Source: Saccostrea echinata
Lineage: Eukaryota
Assembly (NCBI RefSeq): GCF_033153115.1
Contig: NW_026889771.1
Coordinates: forward strand, 9,610,001 to 9,674,000
DNA: 64,000 nt
Reading direction: 5' to 3'
Position numbers and translations under genes: made by a program. Positions 39,671-51,658 of this stretch are shown piece by piece (the first letter of the stretch is position 1; every line of letters begins with the position of its first letter). The notes beneath the pieces were generated by a model. The model searched no databases, was not told the DNA's origin, and worked only from the letters and a program-made list of their open reading frames with translations.

Positions 39671-41231
39671 CCGTTTTTCCCCCTTCATCTTTTTTTAAGA
39701 GGAAAGTGATACGTTTACAATGCTCAGTTGTACTCCTTACTTCATGCAGGTTAGCTGGAGATTTTTTAAAGACATTTTTGGATATAGATGTAGAGTTTGC
39801 AGTGATCTATCTGTTGCTTTTTTTTTTAAACCAAAACAGAAAAAGATAACACGTTGACAAATTATAAACAGATGGGTGAAAAAGCCGAGAAAAATGCCTA
39901 ATGGTTCGACAAATAAGAACTTAAAAAATTAAATATCAATTTTCACAAAGTTTTCTTTAATATTACCGTTAACACTAATATACTGCATATTTTTTGAAAA
40001 ATCTCCAAATCTTGCAACAATCTCGCAGCTCTTAAAATTATACATGTATATGCATTATGTAGGCAAAGAGCAAAAATGAACAATTCTTCATACTATAACA
40101 CAATCTTTTTTACGTAAGTGGATCCTCGCTCCATTTCTTTTAGAAAGTTTATTTTCAAAATATTTTAAAAAATATACATTCCTTGTTTGACAAAAACATG
40201 GGGCAAGGACCCACTGTACCCTAAAAATACTCTTTTCCGACACAAAATTTATATCTTCCGAGAAACATCTTTGCAAACTGTCAAAAAATAAAGATTTTTC
40301 ATGTTTAAATGAGACAGTTGCAATTGCAAATAAACAGTGCTACAATTCAAGAGTTTTAAATAATTTAACAAATCAAATGCTTTCTATACTAACCCATACT
40401 TACCCAGTAAGATACATCATACGTAAGATACATCATACTGATTCTGATAAAATCCTACGTATAAATCTGCACATAAAACGATCTGTAATGCTTCTGGCCA
40501 TATTAGATCCAAGATCCTAAGGCATAGATAAATTAAAGCAGCGCCTCCGAAAGACATTGTTAGGAGGTACCGATGTTGATAGACCCTCTAATAAGACAGA
40601 TAACTTCCTAAGAAAATTATTCAAAGGTGTCCGATAATTTGTCTTACCAGGATTTAATAATGAGGACCAATATATATTAATCAATTCATCCATTCCCATA
40701 TAATCAATTCACCCATACGAGTATTGACTTCTAATTTTCTTTTGCCAATATTTTTTTAGTATGTGAGGTTTTAGACCTCTGGGCAGCTCAGTTCCGGTTT
40801 TCGCTGAGGAAAAACTGAAATTTTGAAATAACCGAAATCTTTATTATCTTTTATGCCAATTCTCCCAAATTTGAGAAGAAGATTCTTTAAATCAATCCCA
40901 ACAAAAAAATAAAGCGAAAGCATTTTTGGAACTGTTATATTTCTGCGTTATTGGACTCCAGACATAGAAGAAGGGAATAAAAATTTAATAATTAAAAAAT
41001 AATGTCGGAAAATTTTTATAAAGATTACTTTCTATAAAGACTGACGAGTAGAAGCGGTACTGTAAGTTTCACGTGTCATTCATAGGGAAAGTAGTCCCGG
41101 AGAATTGACACTGTTTGGAGTATGGGTAGTTCATGAATATATGAAGTGTTTTCTAATTTGCAAAGAACCTTAAGAAAAAATATTTGGAAATGTAAATATA
41201 AGAGTATGTACAACCTTAAAATAAAGTTTAT

Positions 41232-44200
41232 TTAATGAATCACAAGAGTGAGAGGTCCGTTAATGGTGTCATCAAAGGTATCGTGCTCCGTGCGACAACA
41301 TATGTCAATTCGGCTGTATCCTTTACCATAAAAAGCGGAGCCTGTGTCCACCACCTAAAAATTAACAGAATAAATCCGTTACCTTAAAGTTTTTAAAGTG
41401 CAAAACAATTTTTAAATAATAATAGGATATTTATTTGTTTAAATATTAATTTATTCTCTTATGCGAAGGAAGAACTTATGATACTCGACATACATGTCTG
41501 TGATCAATATGAAGTCGTCTTTTAGAAGTAGAATTCGAATTCAGTGATATTAAAAACTTGAGTGTTCAACGGAACGCATGTGTCGCCTGCTTTGTAGCTT
41601 CATTAAAGGTGTAAATAAATCTAAGAGTGGTCAGTTTTTTATTTACTATAAGCATGATAGACTGATAATTCACGAACTTGCCTGTAACAAAATGACATAC
41701 ATGTACATGGATAGTATGACTGCGATAGAATCTGACAATCAAAGAAAATATGGTTCCATAACCCTCAAATAATAATAAAATTGAAATTATTAGAAAAAAT
41801 ATTTGTCATTTTATTAATAGGGTTTTAAACAATCCTCCAAAAGAGATTTCAGTCTGTCTTTACTACAATTGTCAATCTACACGATCCATTTTTGAATACT
41901 GATCCCCATATATTTTTATGGTATTTAAATATATGTTGTGTGGTAACTAAATAACATACCGTTTCAAAGTACTTTTTCTTGAGCTAAACGTGTTTCCAAT
42001 AATCATTCAAAAGAGATTTCAGTCTGTCTTTACTGAAATTCTCCGTCTACACGATCCATTGCGGAATACCGATCCCTATGTATTTTCAAAGTATTTAAGG
42101 ATATAAGTTTGTCTGGTAACTGAATATCATACGGTTTCAAAGTACACTATCATGAGCTCATAAACATATGTATAAATGCTAATTATCCAACCCCTGCCTC
42201 TCAAAATTCGAAATTCATAAGTTTAATTAAACTGCCCGAGATTTTTTTGCAAAGTAGGTCAAAGGGCAAGGTCAAGTGGATTGTAATGATTGTATTTTTC
42301 ATATTGTCTTATGACAAACAGTGCACATGCTAAATAGCGTAGACTTACCTCTTAAATGTCAAAAATGTGCTGTATATCGGTATTATGAGCTATTTTGAAA
42401 ATAGGTCAAAGGTCACGAGGTTGGTCAGCATGGTAATATACAAAAGCCACGGTGCCAAGCAATATATGATCCATACCTCTTACAGTTCTTGAGATATAGG
42501 GTGTGACAGACGGGCAGACAGACAGCTAGACAGATTGACAGACAGACAGACGCCGGGTAAAGTGATCCCTTAGTGCCGCTCTGCTCTGCAGTCGACACAA
42601 AAATATCTCTCTGCTGTAAATCGACAAGCACGATTTACATGTCTGTGATCAATATAAAGTCGTCTTTTAGAAGTACAATTCGAATTCGGTGATATGAAAA
42701 AAAATCTCTTTGCTGTAAATCCATCTTGAAAGTATAAAGTTTAATATAACACAAGCAAAGGCATCCAAGTGCCCTTGATCTTCAATTTGACATTTACAGA
42801 GCCTCAAGCCTGTGCATTCAAAATATTAATACCAATATTGCAATTACTTTATGCAAACAAACATGCACGCAAAATAATATCCGATCCCGAGGGGGAAATT
42901 CGCGGCCGACATAGTTTAAAAGAAAAACATTGTCACAATGTTATCTAAAGAAAAATATTAAAAATATCGTGCAATTTAGCGATCTAATTACCGGGTATAT
43001 ACTTTAATTATTATTAAAAAGAGCTGAATTGTACATACAACGAAATCGATGAATTTGTTGTACTTTCTGTTTAATTCTGGGATACAAACATGGGTTCCAT
43101 AAGGAATTCCTGCGTGGTTATCCATAGCAACACTCACGTGTTGAACTCGTCCCTCAAGATAATCCTTAGATAAACGAATGAGACACTTTGAAAATAATAA
43201 GATGGGCGAACAAAGCGAGCAAAATGCCTATTGTGTGACAAGTGAAAATTAATCTCAATTATGACAAAATTTTCTTTAATATTTCATTTAACATTTTATA
43301 CTTTATGTAAAATCTCAACAATCTGCAACAGTCTCACAAGGATTGAAATTATTCGTCTATGAAATAGCATATACACACGAAAGAGGGCAAAAATCATCTT
43401 TTTTCTAATATATCCCATTTTTTCCATATGAGTGGATATTCGCTCCATTCTTTTGAAAGATTATACTCAAAGTATGCGTAAAATTAAACTTTTCATATTT
43501 CGGTAAACAAAAACATGGAGCAACGATCCACTAAACCTAACAATTACACTTTAATTTATGACACAACAATCGTATCTTTCCGAGATATATTTATATAGTC
43601 AAGGGTCATTTCTCAAACGTGATTTACGTGATTTGTCATGAGGTGTATGGTGTAGTGGTTAGAGTTGGTCTGTAAGAAAAAACTGATACTCAGGATTTTA
43701 TTGCTTTGGTTCGAACCCCAAAAATACCTTCTTTTTTTTCAAATCATCATGATCATAGAATGATTTTTGCTAAAAAAAATTTCCGCAAAAAAGTTTGTCA
43801 TAATTTCATATCTTTCACTAAAAAGAACTTAAGTTTACTCTAAATTCTACATTCACAAATTGAATATGACTTTTATACATTTGAAGCTACATGTATGGGC
43901 ATTTTGCACGCCTTGTTCGCCCATCTCCTTTGTGCTTCTATGGTTAGTAGTTTTGTTTTGAATTTGTGAAAAAAATGAATATATATATATATACATGTGT
44001 AAAGAAATTACATGTACATGTATTTTCTATGTGAGTTTTTAAATACCTGTAGTGCTTGTAACTTGTGACCACGCATATCCAAGAAACCCCCTTCAATTGG
44101 ATCGTCCGCTGGATAGTATCCCGTCCCTCGGGCATGATGGCGGTGATGGCCGTGGGTGCATTCTATGTTGTTTATTGCCCCTGATTAATAAAATCACCTT

Positions 44201-44984
44201 TCGTGTTGAATACCACAAATCGAATTAATCTTGTCAGGCGCTCCACAGCCCCGAGTGGACTCAGGACTCCTGACGTTGTGAGGATGGTCGTCATAAAAAT
44301 TCAATGTTTTATTATACCCCCTCCCCTTTTTTCTTTACTTCTCTCCGTCTATAATTGCTTGCATGTCTTCTGTTCGTCTGCAGGTATCAACTTTTTTGCT
44401 CTTCAATCGTAACTTTTAATATAAATTAATGCTTTCTAATGAATTAGTCTAATGATAACTAGATATGCAATACATCATTTAATGACATTATATCTTGAAA
44501 TGAATATAAGACGAATTAGTTATTAAATATATTATGTGTATTGTAACAATATTACACTGAATTAAGTTTTGTTCAGTTTGACTTAATAAATGTAAGTTTA
44601 AATTGTGGTTTCTGTTGCTTAAGATTATATGTACGTGTAGCTTTAACAAGAACATTTTCAACATTACAATTCTATCAATGGTCAGGACATTTCATACAGA
44701 CGGTAACATGCTTCAACGTTATCTTTTGATTCTATTTTAACTTTCTAGATATAATCGAACATCATACACTGATGTATATTCCGATAAAAAAAAAAGAGTA
44801 ATGCCGAAAAAAAAATATTGAAAATATCGTAAATGAGCTATTCCAATTTTGCACGAATCCTTGAAATTAAAAACAAAACTGACAATGTGCGACGCAAAAT
44901 AATTTACAGCTACATGTAACAGAGTAAAAATCTACCTGAAGACAAGCCAACTAGAATCACGAGCACAATCACAAGACGGTACAT
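41232..44984 (-). CDS. Secreted 143-aa 3D-domain (MltA/DPBB-like) protein, copy 2
   Basis: Exons 44936-44984, 44047-44180, 43039-43164, 41232-41354 (same lengths and phases as copy 1) give MYRLVIVLVILVGLSSGAINNIECTHGHHRHHARGTGYYPADDPIEGGFLDMRGHKLQALQDYLEGRVQHVSVAMDNHAGIPYGTHVCIPELNRKYNKFIDFVVVDTGSAFYGKGYSRIDICCRTEHDTFDDTINGPLTLVIH*. Confidence 0.9.
42250..42604 (-). mobile_element. HINE-like element remnant in intron 3 of 3D gene copy 2
   Basis: AGGTCAAAGGTCA core repeats, (GACA)n microsatellite, and terminal ...GTCGACACAAAAA. Confidence 0.6.
43198..43930. mobile_element. MITE (Kolobok-like TIRs) carrying an internal tRNA-like A/B-box segment
   Basis: TIRs AGATGGGCGAACAAAGCGAGCAAAATGCC / GGCATTTTGCACGCCTTGTTCGCCCATCTCC. 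Internal TGGTGTAGTGG...GGTTCGAACCC at 43648-43719. A related copy is at 61443-61997. Confidence 0.7.
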
Positions 44985-45359
44985 CTTTTTGTCTTACAAG
45001 TCTAAAAAGTACGTAGATTATGTCAAGCCTTATCAATCTAGTTTAAGCTGAATTTTGCCAGTTCTAATTTAAGGTGTCCTTACATGAGAAAATGTCACTA
45101 TGGTCTTCGCTGTATGTACTGTACATGTGAATTTGGATTTTTCCGACATGAAGATGTTGACTGTGTTGGGACAATTGGAAGAAGTCTATACATGTTTAAC
45201 AGCAATTTATGCAAGAACGGGTTTAATTTACTTAAAGTCATAACTGCTTAGAAGTTAGTCATAATATACAAGATTTATCTACCCTTAGCTTTAGAGAAAA
45301 TTTCTTGCACTATTTTGTCTTGCACTATACATTTAAGCCAGTTGAACTACAGTCTCATC

Positions 45360-45457
45360 CATCCTCACAATGTCAAGGTTTTGTGATTTCGGAACTCCAC
45401 ACAAAGTTTAGTTTGTGTGGAGTTCGGAAATCACAAAACCTTGACATTGTGAGGATG
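45360..45457. mobile_element. 98-bp fold-back mini-MITE with a 10-bp TSD (Mutator-like)
   Basis: Near-perfect palindrome CATCCTCACAATGTCAAGG...CCTTGACATTGTGAGGATG, flanked by CAGTCTCATC at 45350-59 and 45458-67. Confidence 0.85.
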
Positions 45458-46605
45458 CAGTCTCATCATAAAATTTTGGTTTTCTTATACTTAGAATTCT
45501 TGATATCCCAAACATAAATGTCTATAATACTAAGAGTAAATTTATACCTTCATTAAAACAATCCCAGATAAAAAAAAATACTCTATGGATTGGCAGTACT
45601 CAAATGAATCACTAAACGAGTGTAATCTTCTCACTTATTTATTTTTGAGGAACAATTTTTGACTGGAAAAATATCTAATTTTATTAAAACCTGAATACAG
45701 AAAGCCAATTTGTAGATTACGTGTATCAGCACACAGACTCTTCATAGAATTAGGCAGATATAATAACACACCTAGAACAGAAAGAATATGTAAAAAATTG
45801 TATGCTATAATCAAACTGAAGATGAAGAACATTTCCTTATTCACTGTAGAAAATTTACAAAGGAAAGAGAAGACCTATGTAACTTAATCTCACCTAAAGT
45901 AAAACATTTTACAAAATTGCCTGATAAACAAAAATTATTCTGGATTCTAAATTGTGAGGAATTAGATATCTATTAAATTCTCTTGATTCAACTCTTTCTC
46001 TCTTGTATGTATGTATATCGTATTACATTATGTACTTTAAGATGAAAATATACAGGTGTTTACAATGTTCTTTCTTTTTGTCCCATGAGGGCCCTTAATT
46101 GGTAAATAAACGATTGAACTGAATATATAACAAGCTAGTCTCAACATTATTTTTGTTTCATTATGACAATTATTCATAGTTTCGTGACATTTTTTTTAAT
46201 TTTCATTTTATATTTTATGAGGGAAAATAAGATTTGATAAAATATTTGCAGTTGACTTTCTTAAGATCATGATTAAATTTTTTTTAAGAAAAAGTTTATA
46301 TCTCAATTTGAATTAACTGAAATCTTGATTAATATGATAATTCTCATTTCTTTAAGAAGCAAATAAAAATTTTTCTCGGGTGTAAAAAGGTAAAATATAC
46401 ACAATTCGCACAACGTAACAACGCACAACGTAAGTAACAGACAGGTGTTAATTTTATTCATTTCTCACAAATATAAGACGAATTACATGACATGTGAATC
46501 GTTCAAAGACAAATACTGAAAATTAAGACGGGAAAAAGGTCTATGTCACAATGTATCAGCCATAAAACATGTACATGTATATATGGGGTTTTTTACGTAT
46601 CGTCT

Positions 46606-46713
46606 ATGCAGGCAATATTTAGTCAAGTGGATACTTCGTTTAGAAAAACATGTGATTTACCTCCACAAATGGCACACCCGTGCTGTCTCCACTGACGCAA
46701 TCCTGCAAATTTT
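46606..46713 (+). ncRNA. Vault-RNA-like Pol III gene candidate
   Basis: TGCAGG...TAGTCAAGTGG ATACTTCGT...GTCTCCACTGACGCAATCCTGCAAATTTT: panhandle, box A and T4. Confidence 0.5.
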
Positions 46714-46837
46714 ACACCCGCGTGGAGGTATATTTTGGGAAGAACAAGAAATTTAGACGTTTTCTTTCTTCGAGGAAGGAATTTTTAAGAAATCAATTCC
46801 TGACTAAGAAAGATAACTCTTAAGTTAAGAATATACA

Positions 46838-46873
<36 letters not shown>

Positions 46874-47033
46874 TTTTTTTTTTAAATGCGTAGTAATACT
46901 TTTCATTACGATTAGGAGTGTTTTTGTTTTTTTAATGATGATTTTTTTTTTAAATCAAAAATTTGAATTTCATTTCTTTTCTGAATTAAGACTTCCCTCA
47001 CAGATATAATGTTATTTTGCACAAGGTTAAATC

Positions 47034-47137
47034 GTGCAGGCGTAGTCGTGTGGATACTTCGTTTAAATGAAACATTTGACTTACCTTCAAAACCGACGGG
47101 AGACCGTTTGTTTCCACTGACGCTTCCCTGCACTTTT
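47034..47137 (+). ncRNA. Vault-RNA-like Pol III gene candidate
   Basis: GTGCAGG/CCTGCAC terminal stem, box A TAGTCGTGTGG followed by ATACTTCG, GACGG-GAGA-CCGTT GNRA hairpin, TTTT terminator, and TATAAT about 30 nt upstream. Confidence 0.6.
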
Positions 47138-48991
47138 GCACCCGCTCAGATGCCAACATTTTCTACAATCCATCGTATCATTAAAAAAATAAAGCATTTT
47201 GCAGAATTATTTGAAAATGTGTCGTGGAATGTAAACAAATCAAGAAAGATAACTTCTTGTAAATCTCTCCGACGATCAAGACTGTCACTTCATGTGTCTT
47301 CTTTCCAATTTTTATTCTATAATTGCCCATTTGAAATATTTTTCAGACTTTGTGTTGTATACGATTTGTGTACGAATTATGATTGGAATTTTCGATAAGT
47401 ATTGTATATTTTTTCGTTAGTCATTTGCATTGTTTATTTTCTCTATGTATTCTATATTAATTAACTGACAATTATCCACTTGTATTATATATTTGTTATT
47501 CATATTGTATAACTTCCACTTTTTTATGAATAATCAGCGTGCCATTCTGTATCTATTACAACCCCCGCCCCCTCCTTTCTTTTCTTGCCCCCCCTTTTTC
47601 TTATTGCCATGCATTTTTGTATTGTTTATTTGTTTTTGTACATCACGTGTATATGTATTATATGTCATTTTGTTTGTGTTGGAGAGGACAATCTAAGTTG
47701 GTAAAACTTGTATCCAATCCTATTGATTATTTTCAATAAAATATATTTAAATAAAAAAAATAAAACTTCCAGCTGTAGTGTATGAAAAACCATTTGTATT
47801 CTTAAGTTTCAAATTGTATTGTTTGAGAATTCCATGGAATATGCTTTTAATATCCTATATATGTAATTCTAATTTATATAATTATTTGCACATTTGAGAA
47901 GAAAAGCAGATTTACAAAACCACAAAACATGCAAGTCCGTGTGCAATTTCTCAAACCATCGAAACCTGGGGGGGGGGGGATAAAAACACTTGTTAATCTG
48001 TTTAAATTAATCATGGTATAATGCTGTAGATGTAGTATTTGAACCATTAGATGCTGGTTGCCCCCCTTCCCCCCTTTCTGATTTTGTAAGCGGGTCGAGC
48101 ACTGGCAAATTCGAGGATTTGGACAGGTTTGTTTGTTTGTTTGTTTGTTTGTTTTTGTTTTGTTTTTGTTTTTTTGGCTTGTCAGAAAATTTTGGGAAGT
48201 TCCCCCCCCCCCTTTGTGTGATCAGTTTTTTTTTTGTTTTGTTTTTTGGCTTGTTAATTTTTTGGGGGGTGGGTGGGGGGGTAGTTGCCCCCCCCACTTT
48301 TGAAACCGTTGCTACGGGCCCGTTATCAATAACATGACCATCAAAAATGTCGTCATTTATACCTTCTTCTTAAAGCAACAAGAGTTGAAGGACGATTTTT
48401 TTTTAAGACTGAATGGCTCAAAATTCAAGTGCCGTGTTTCACTTCGTAGACGAAACGGGTACTCATAATTGTACGTACATGTATGTACTACTAGTATTTA
48501 TTCAGATTTTATACATTGTCTATTTCATTTGACATAGAAGTTGAAATTGAAATACTTTTTCAAACATCTTGAACAACTACTTTTGTTTCCAACTGAAGTT
48601 TTCTGATTTGTATTTACCTAAGTCCATGGGTTACAGTGCTTATTATTTTGTACTGATTTTTGTTCTGATATTTAAAATTTTGCTTTGCATAAGATATAAA
48701 TGGGCATTACTGTGTATATTGGTATAAATTATTATAAATAAATATTGTACACAAATGTATGGTATGATATATTTCATTTTGCTTTGATTTTTGTGTCAGT
48801 GCTAATTATGAATTTTTCAATAATTACTGCTCCGTGAAAATCAATCGTCGTATAAGGTCACCATTTTCATGTGAATATTCCCATGCGATCTTGCGACTTG
48901 TGATTTAATCAATGAAACATACTATGGATCTTTCCTTTCAGTGGTCCAACCTTGCTCCTTTTAAATTCTTGATTTTAAATACCCAGTGATT

Positions 48992-49094
48992 ATGCAGGCG
49001 TAGTCGTGTGGATACTTCGTGTATAAAAATAATAAAACTTGGAAAAAAAACTGCGGGTAACCGCTCGTTTCCACTGACGCAAACCTGCATTTTT
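48992..49094 (+). ncRNA. Vault-RNA-like Pol III gene candidate
   Basis: ATGCAGG/CCTGCAT terminal stem, box A TAGTCGTGTGG followed by ATACTTCG, GCGG-GTAA-CCGC GNRA hairpin, and T5 terminator. Confidence 0.6.
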
Positions 49095-49404
49095 GCATCG
49101 GCATTGATATTGCAAAATGATTTAATTGTTTAATCAATGGATATCTATATATGTGTGTATAATATAGAAAAGAAAAGATCTCATTTTGTCAGACTTAAAT
49201 TTCTCTCCGTTATCTTAACAGCCAATTGTTTTATCCCCGTGTGTGTGTGCGTGTGTGTGGGAAGGGGGGGGGGTGTTATATACAAATTGATAAACCGCAT
49301 GTTTACACTACGTCTTTTGCTTGGATTTGTCCTTACAATCTGGACTGTTTTGTTCTTTTAATACTCTGGGGAAAAACTTTGGGATCTATTTTTTATCAAA
49401 TATT

Positions 49405-49585
49405 TTAATCGGAAAAATTAACAAAATATGTTACTTTTAATAGGCAACCACTCATTATAAAAAAATGTTAGCAGGGGTTTATCTAATTACATGTACCTTA
49501 AATCAACTCTTGATAACATTCTTGTAATCTTGTAATGTGGTTACATTCTAAAAGTTACATATTTTGTTAATTTTTTTCGATTAAA
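49405..49585. repeat. Imperfect fold-back (palindromic) element
   Basis: TTAATCGGAAAAATTAACAAAATATGTTACTTTTA versus TAAAAGTTACATATTTTGTTAATTTTTTTCGATTAA. Confidence 0.65.
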
Positions 49586-50118
49586 AAATTATTGGCAAAA
49601 AATGAGAGAGAAATATGAATGATAAAAAATTATTTTTTCAACACTATTTCAAATGTTTCTTTTAAAATAATTAAATATTGTATTTTATAAATGAAATTTT
49701 TAAAACTTAACAATATAAATTTTATCATGTGTTTTATGCAAACTACAAATAACAGTAATGAAATTCTCTTTGTCTGGACTAGATGTGATCCTGTTAAACA
49801 ATTATTTTATAGCTTCATGTTTTACAGTGAATTACATGTGATATTCACACAACATTAATTCCAACATGGCACGAGGTCACAGAATGATTGAAAAGTAAAT
49901 TTTCAAAAAACAAAATCTTCTTCCCTCACACTCCAGGAGACATCGTTTCTCACTTCTTTAAACGTTCCTGGTTCCTAGCAATCTCACATTTCCCTGCGAT
50001 AATTATTCCTAATGGTGATCAATTTTCCTATTGAAGATGGTCACAGAAGAATTCACTCATAATAAACAAGGAGGGACGGGGGACTTTAAAGCGAGTTTAA
50101 ATCATTTTTATTTCCAAC

Positions 50119-50482
50119 GGGTTTTTCCAAAACTTTTTTTTTTCAAAAATAGAGTATATATATTTGGCAAGATTTCAATATTATCCAGCATTGTATAAAT
50201 TACCTAAATAAATATATTTACGTATTCAGTTTAAATATACGCTAGACCGGCGAGAGGCCTAGGGTTTTCCCGTCCCGTTACCTGGTTGATATAAATAGAA
50301 ATTTAAGCCAGGTATTGGATTAAAACGAGGAAGTTTTATTCTTAAGAGCTAGATTTCTAAACAAAACAGACAGAATACTATTTATGTTCGCTCTGAACGG
50401 ATGTGTATTGACAGTTAAATAAATAAGTAAATATAAGGATTGACCGGTCAAGACGAAAAAATAGATTCAACTGTGAATAAAG
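50119..50482 (+). promoter_or_regulatory. Putative promoter and non-coding first exon of the BCAP-like gene
   Basis: Rel/Dorsal-type sites GGGTTTTTCCA (50119) and GGGTTTTCCC (50262), TATAAATA (50290), ETS-like GAGGAAGT, and a strong donor AAG|GTAAGT at 50482/83. Confidence 0.45.
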
Positions 50483-51658
50483 GTAAGTCTTTGTTATTAG
50501 AATGCAGGGTAATTAATTCATTTGATTTTTTAAGGGTATTCAAAGCTTGCTAAACGTATACTTGGCAACTTCAAACCTGTAATTTTAATGTTCATTCACA
50601 TATCTCTATTACATATGCATGTATTAATGAAAGAATTCCTGGGAGCATGGAACAATGTCATTGTTTTCATTAGCCCCCCTTTTTTTCCCCAAGTCCTCCT
50701 CCATCTTCCCAAACCTTGAAAAAAAAACACTATAATACCAATATGGTAACATTTCTGCAAAAATACTCAGGAAGGATTAAATTTTTGTGCTTCAATATTT
50801 TTGATCTTTATAAATCGTCTGATTTTGGGGGTTTAAATCAACTTGTCTTGCGTTCTTCAGAATAATTAACACAAATATTTTATTTATCTTTCATTCACGT
50901 AACTGTTGATTTAATATAAAGAGATAAATACGCATTGAACCAAACCTTTCCCCCATTGTGTCTACTAGCATGTAAAAGATATATCATTCTTTAAGAATTT
51001 AAAACTACATTAACGAAATCCAGATCAATAAGAGATAAATTCACCGAAGCGAGAAACCGTGACCGTCAAACGTTTGGTCAGAGGGGGTCGTAAATGACCA
51101 CAATCATCCAGCATGTAATAATATTGTAGTGCGATCTCGTAGATAAAAATAAATATTAATGGAGTTGTCTGTGAACAGTCATAATATAACGAGGTACTTA
51201 GGTGGAAGGATGCGTAAGAGGGATGGGACTTACACATTGTTTAGGAAGTAGCATAACTCGCAATGAGTCCTTATTGTTAGGAGTCTCGCTAAGTATGTTA
51301 CATACTACTTTACACGTGTACATCTTTAATTATGTATTATTTAGATAGGTGTGTGTGGACCAGATAGAAGCTTTGCGTGTCAAACTAGCTCAAAGCTTTA
51401 ATGTTATCAAGAGGTACTTTGAAAAACTTCCCCCTAGTTGATTTAATTATCAATAGACCCCTTTACAATTTGCTGGATCTTGCTCGCTTGAATTTCCTGC
51501 AGAGCAGGAATTATTTCAGTATTTTGAATGTATATGTGTATATATATTTTTTCTCTACGTTATAGATGAATCATTGTTGTGTCACGAGGAGATAGATGTG
51601 TATGTAAAATGTGATTCAATTTTTTGGATTTATGTATTATTCTTACTAGATATGCACC

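Noticed and set aside
47034-47137. Alternative identities for the panhandle RNA (Y RNA, hammerhead, HDV ribozyme, SECIS, pre-miRNA)
   Set aside because: No bulged-C Ro60 site, no CUGANGA/GAAA core, no nested HDV topology, no AUGA/GA quartet, and the loop is too large and variable for a pre-miRNA.
48007-48337. Low-complexity ORFs with poly-G/poly-T tracts
   Set aside because: Part of a homopolymer-rich repeat remnant similar to positions 1-260.
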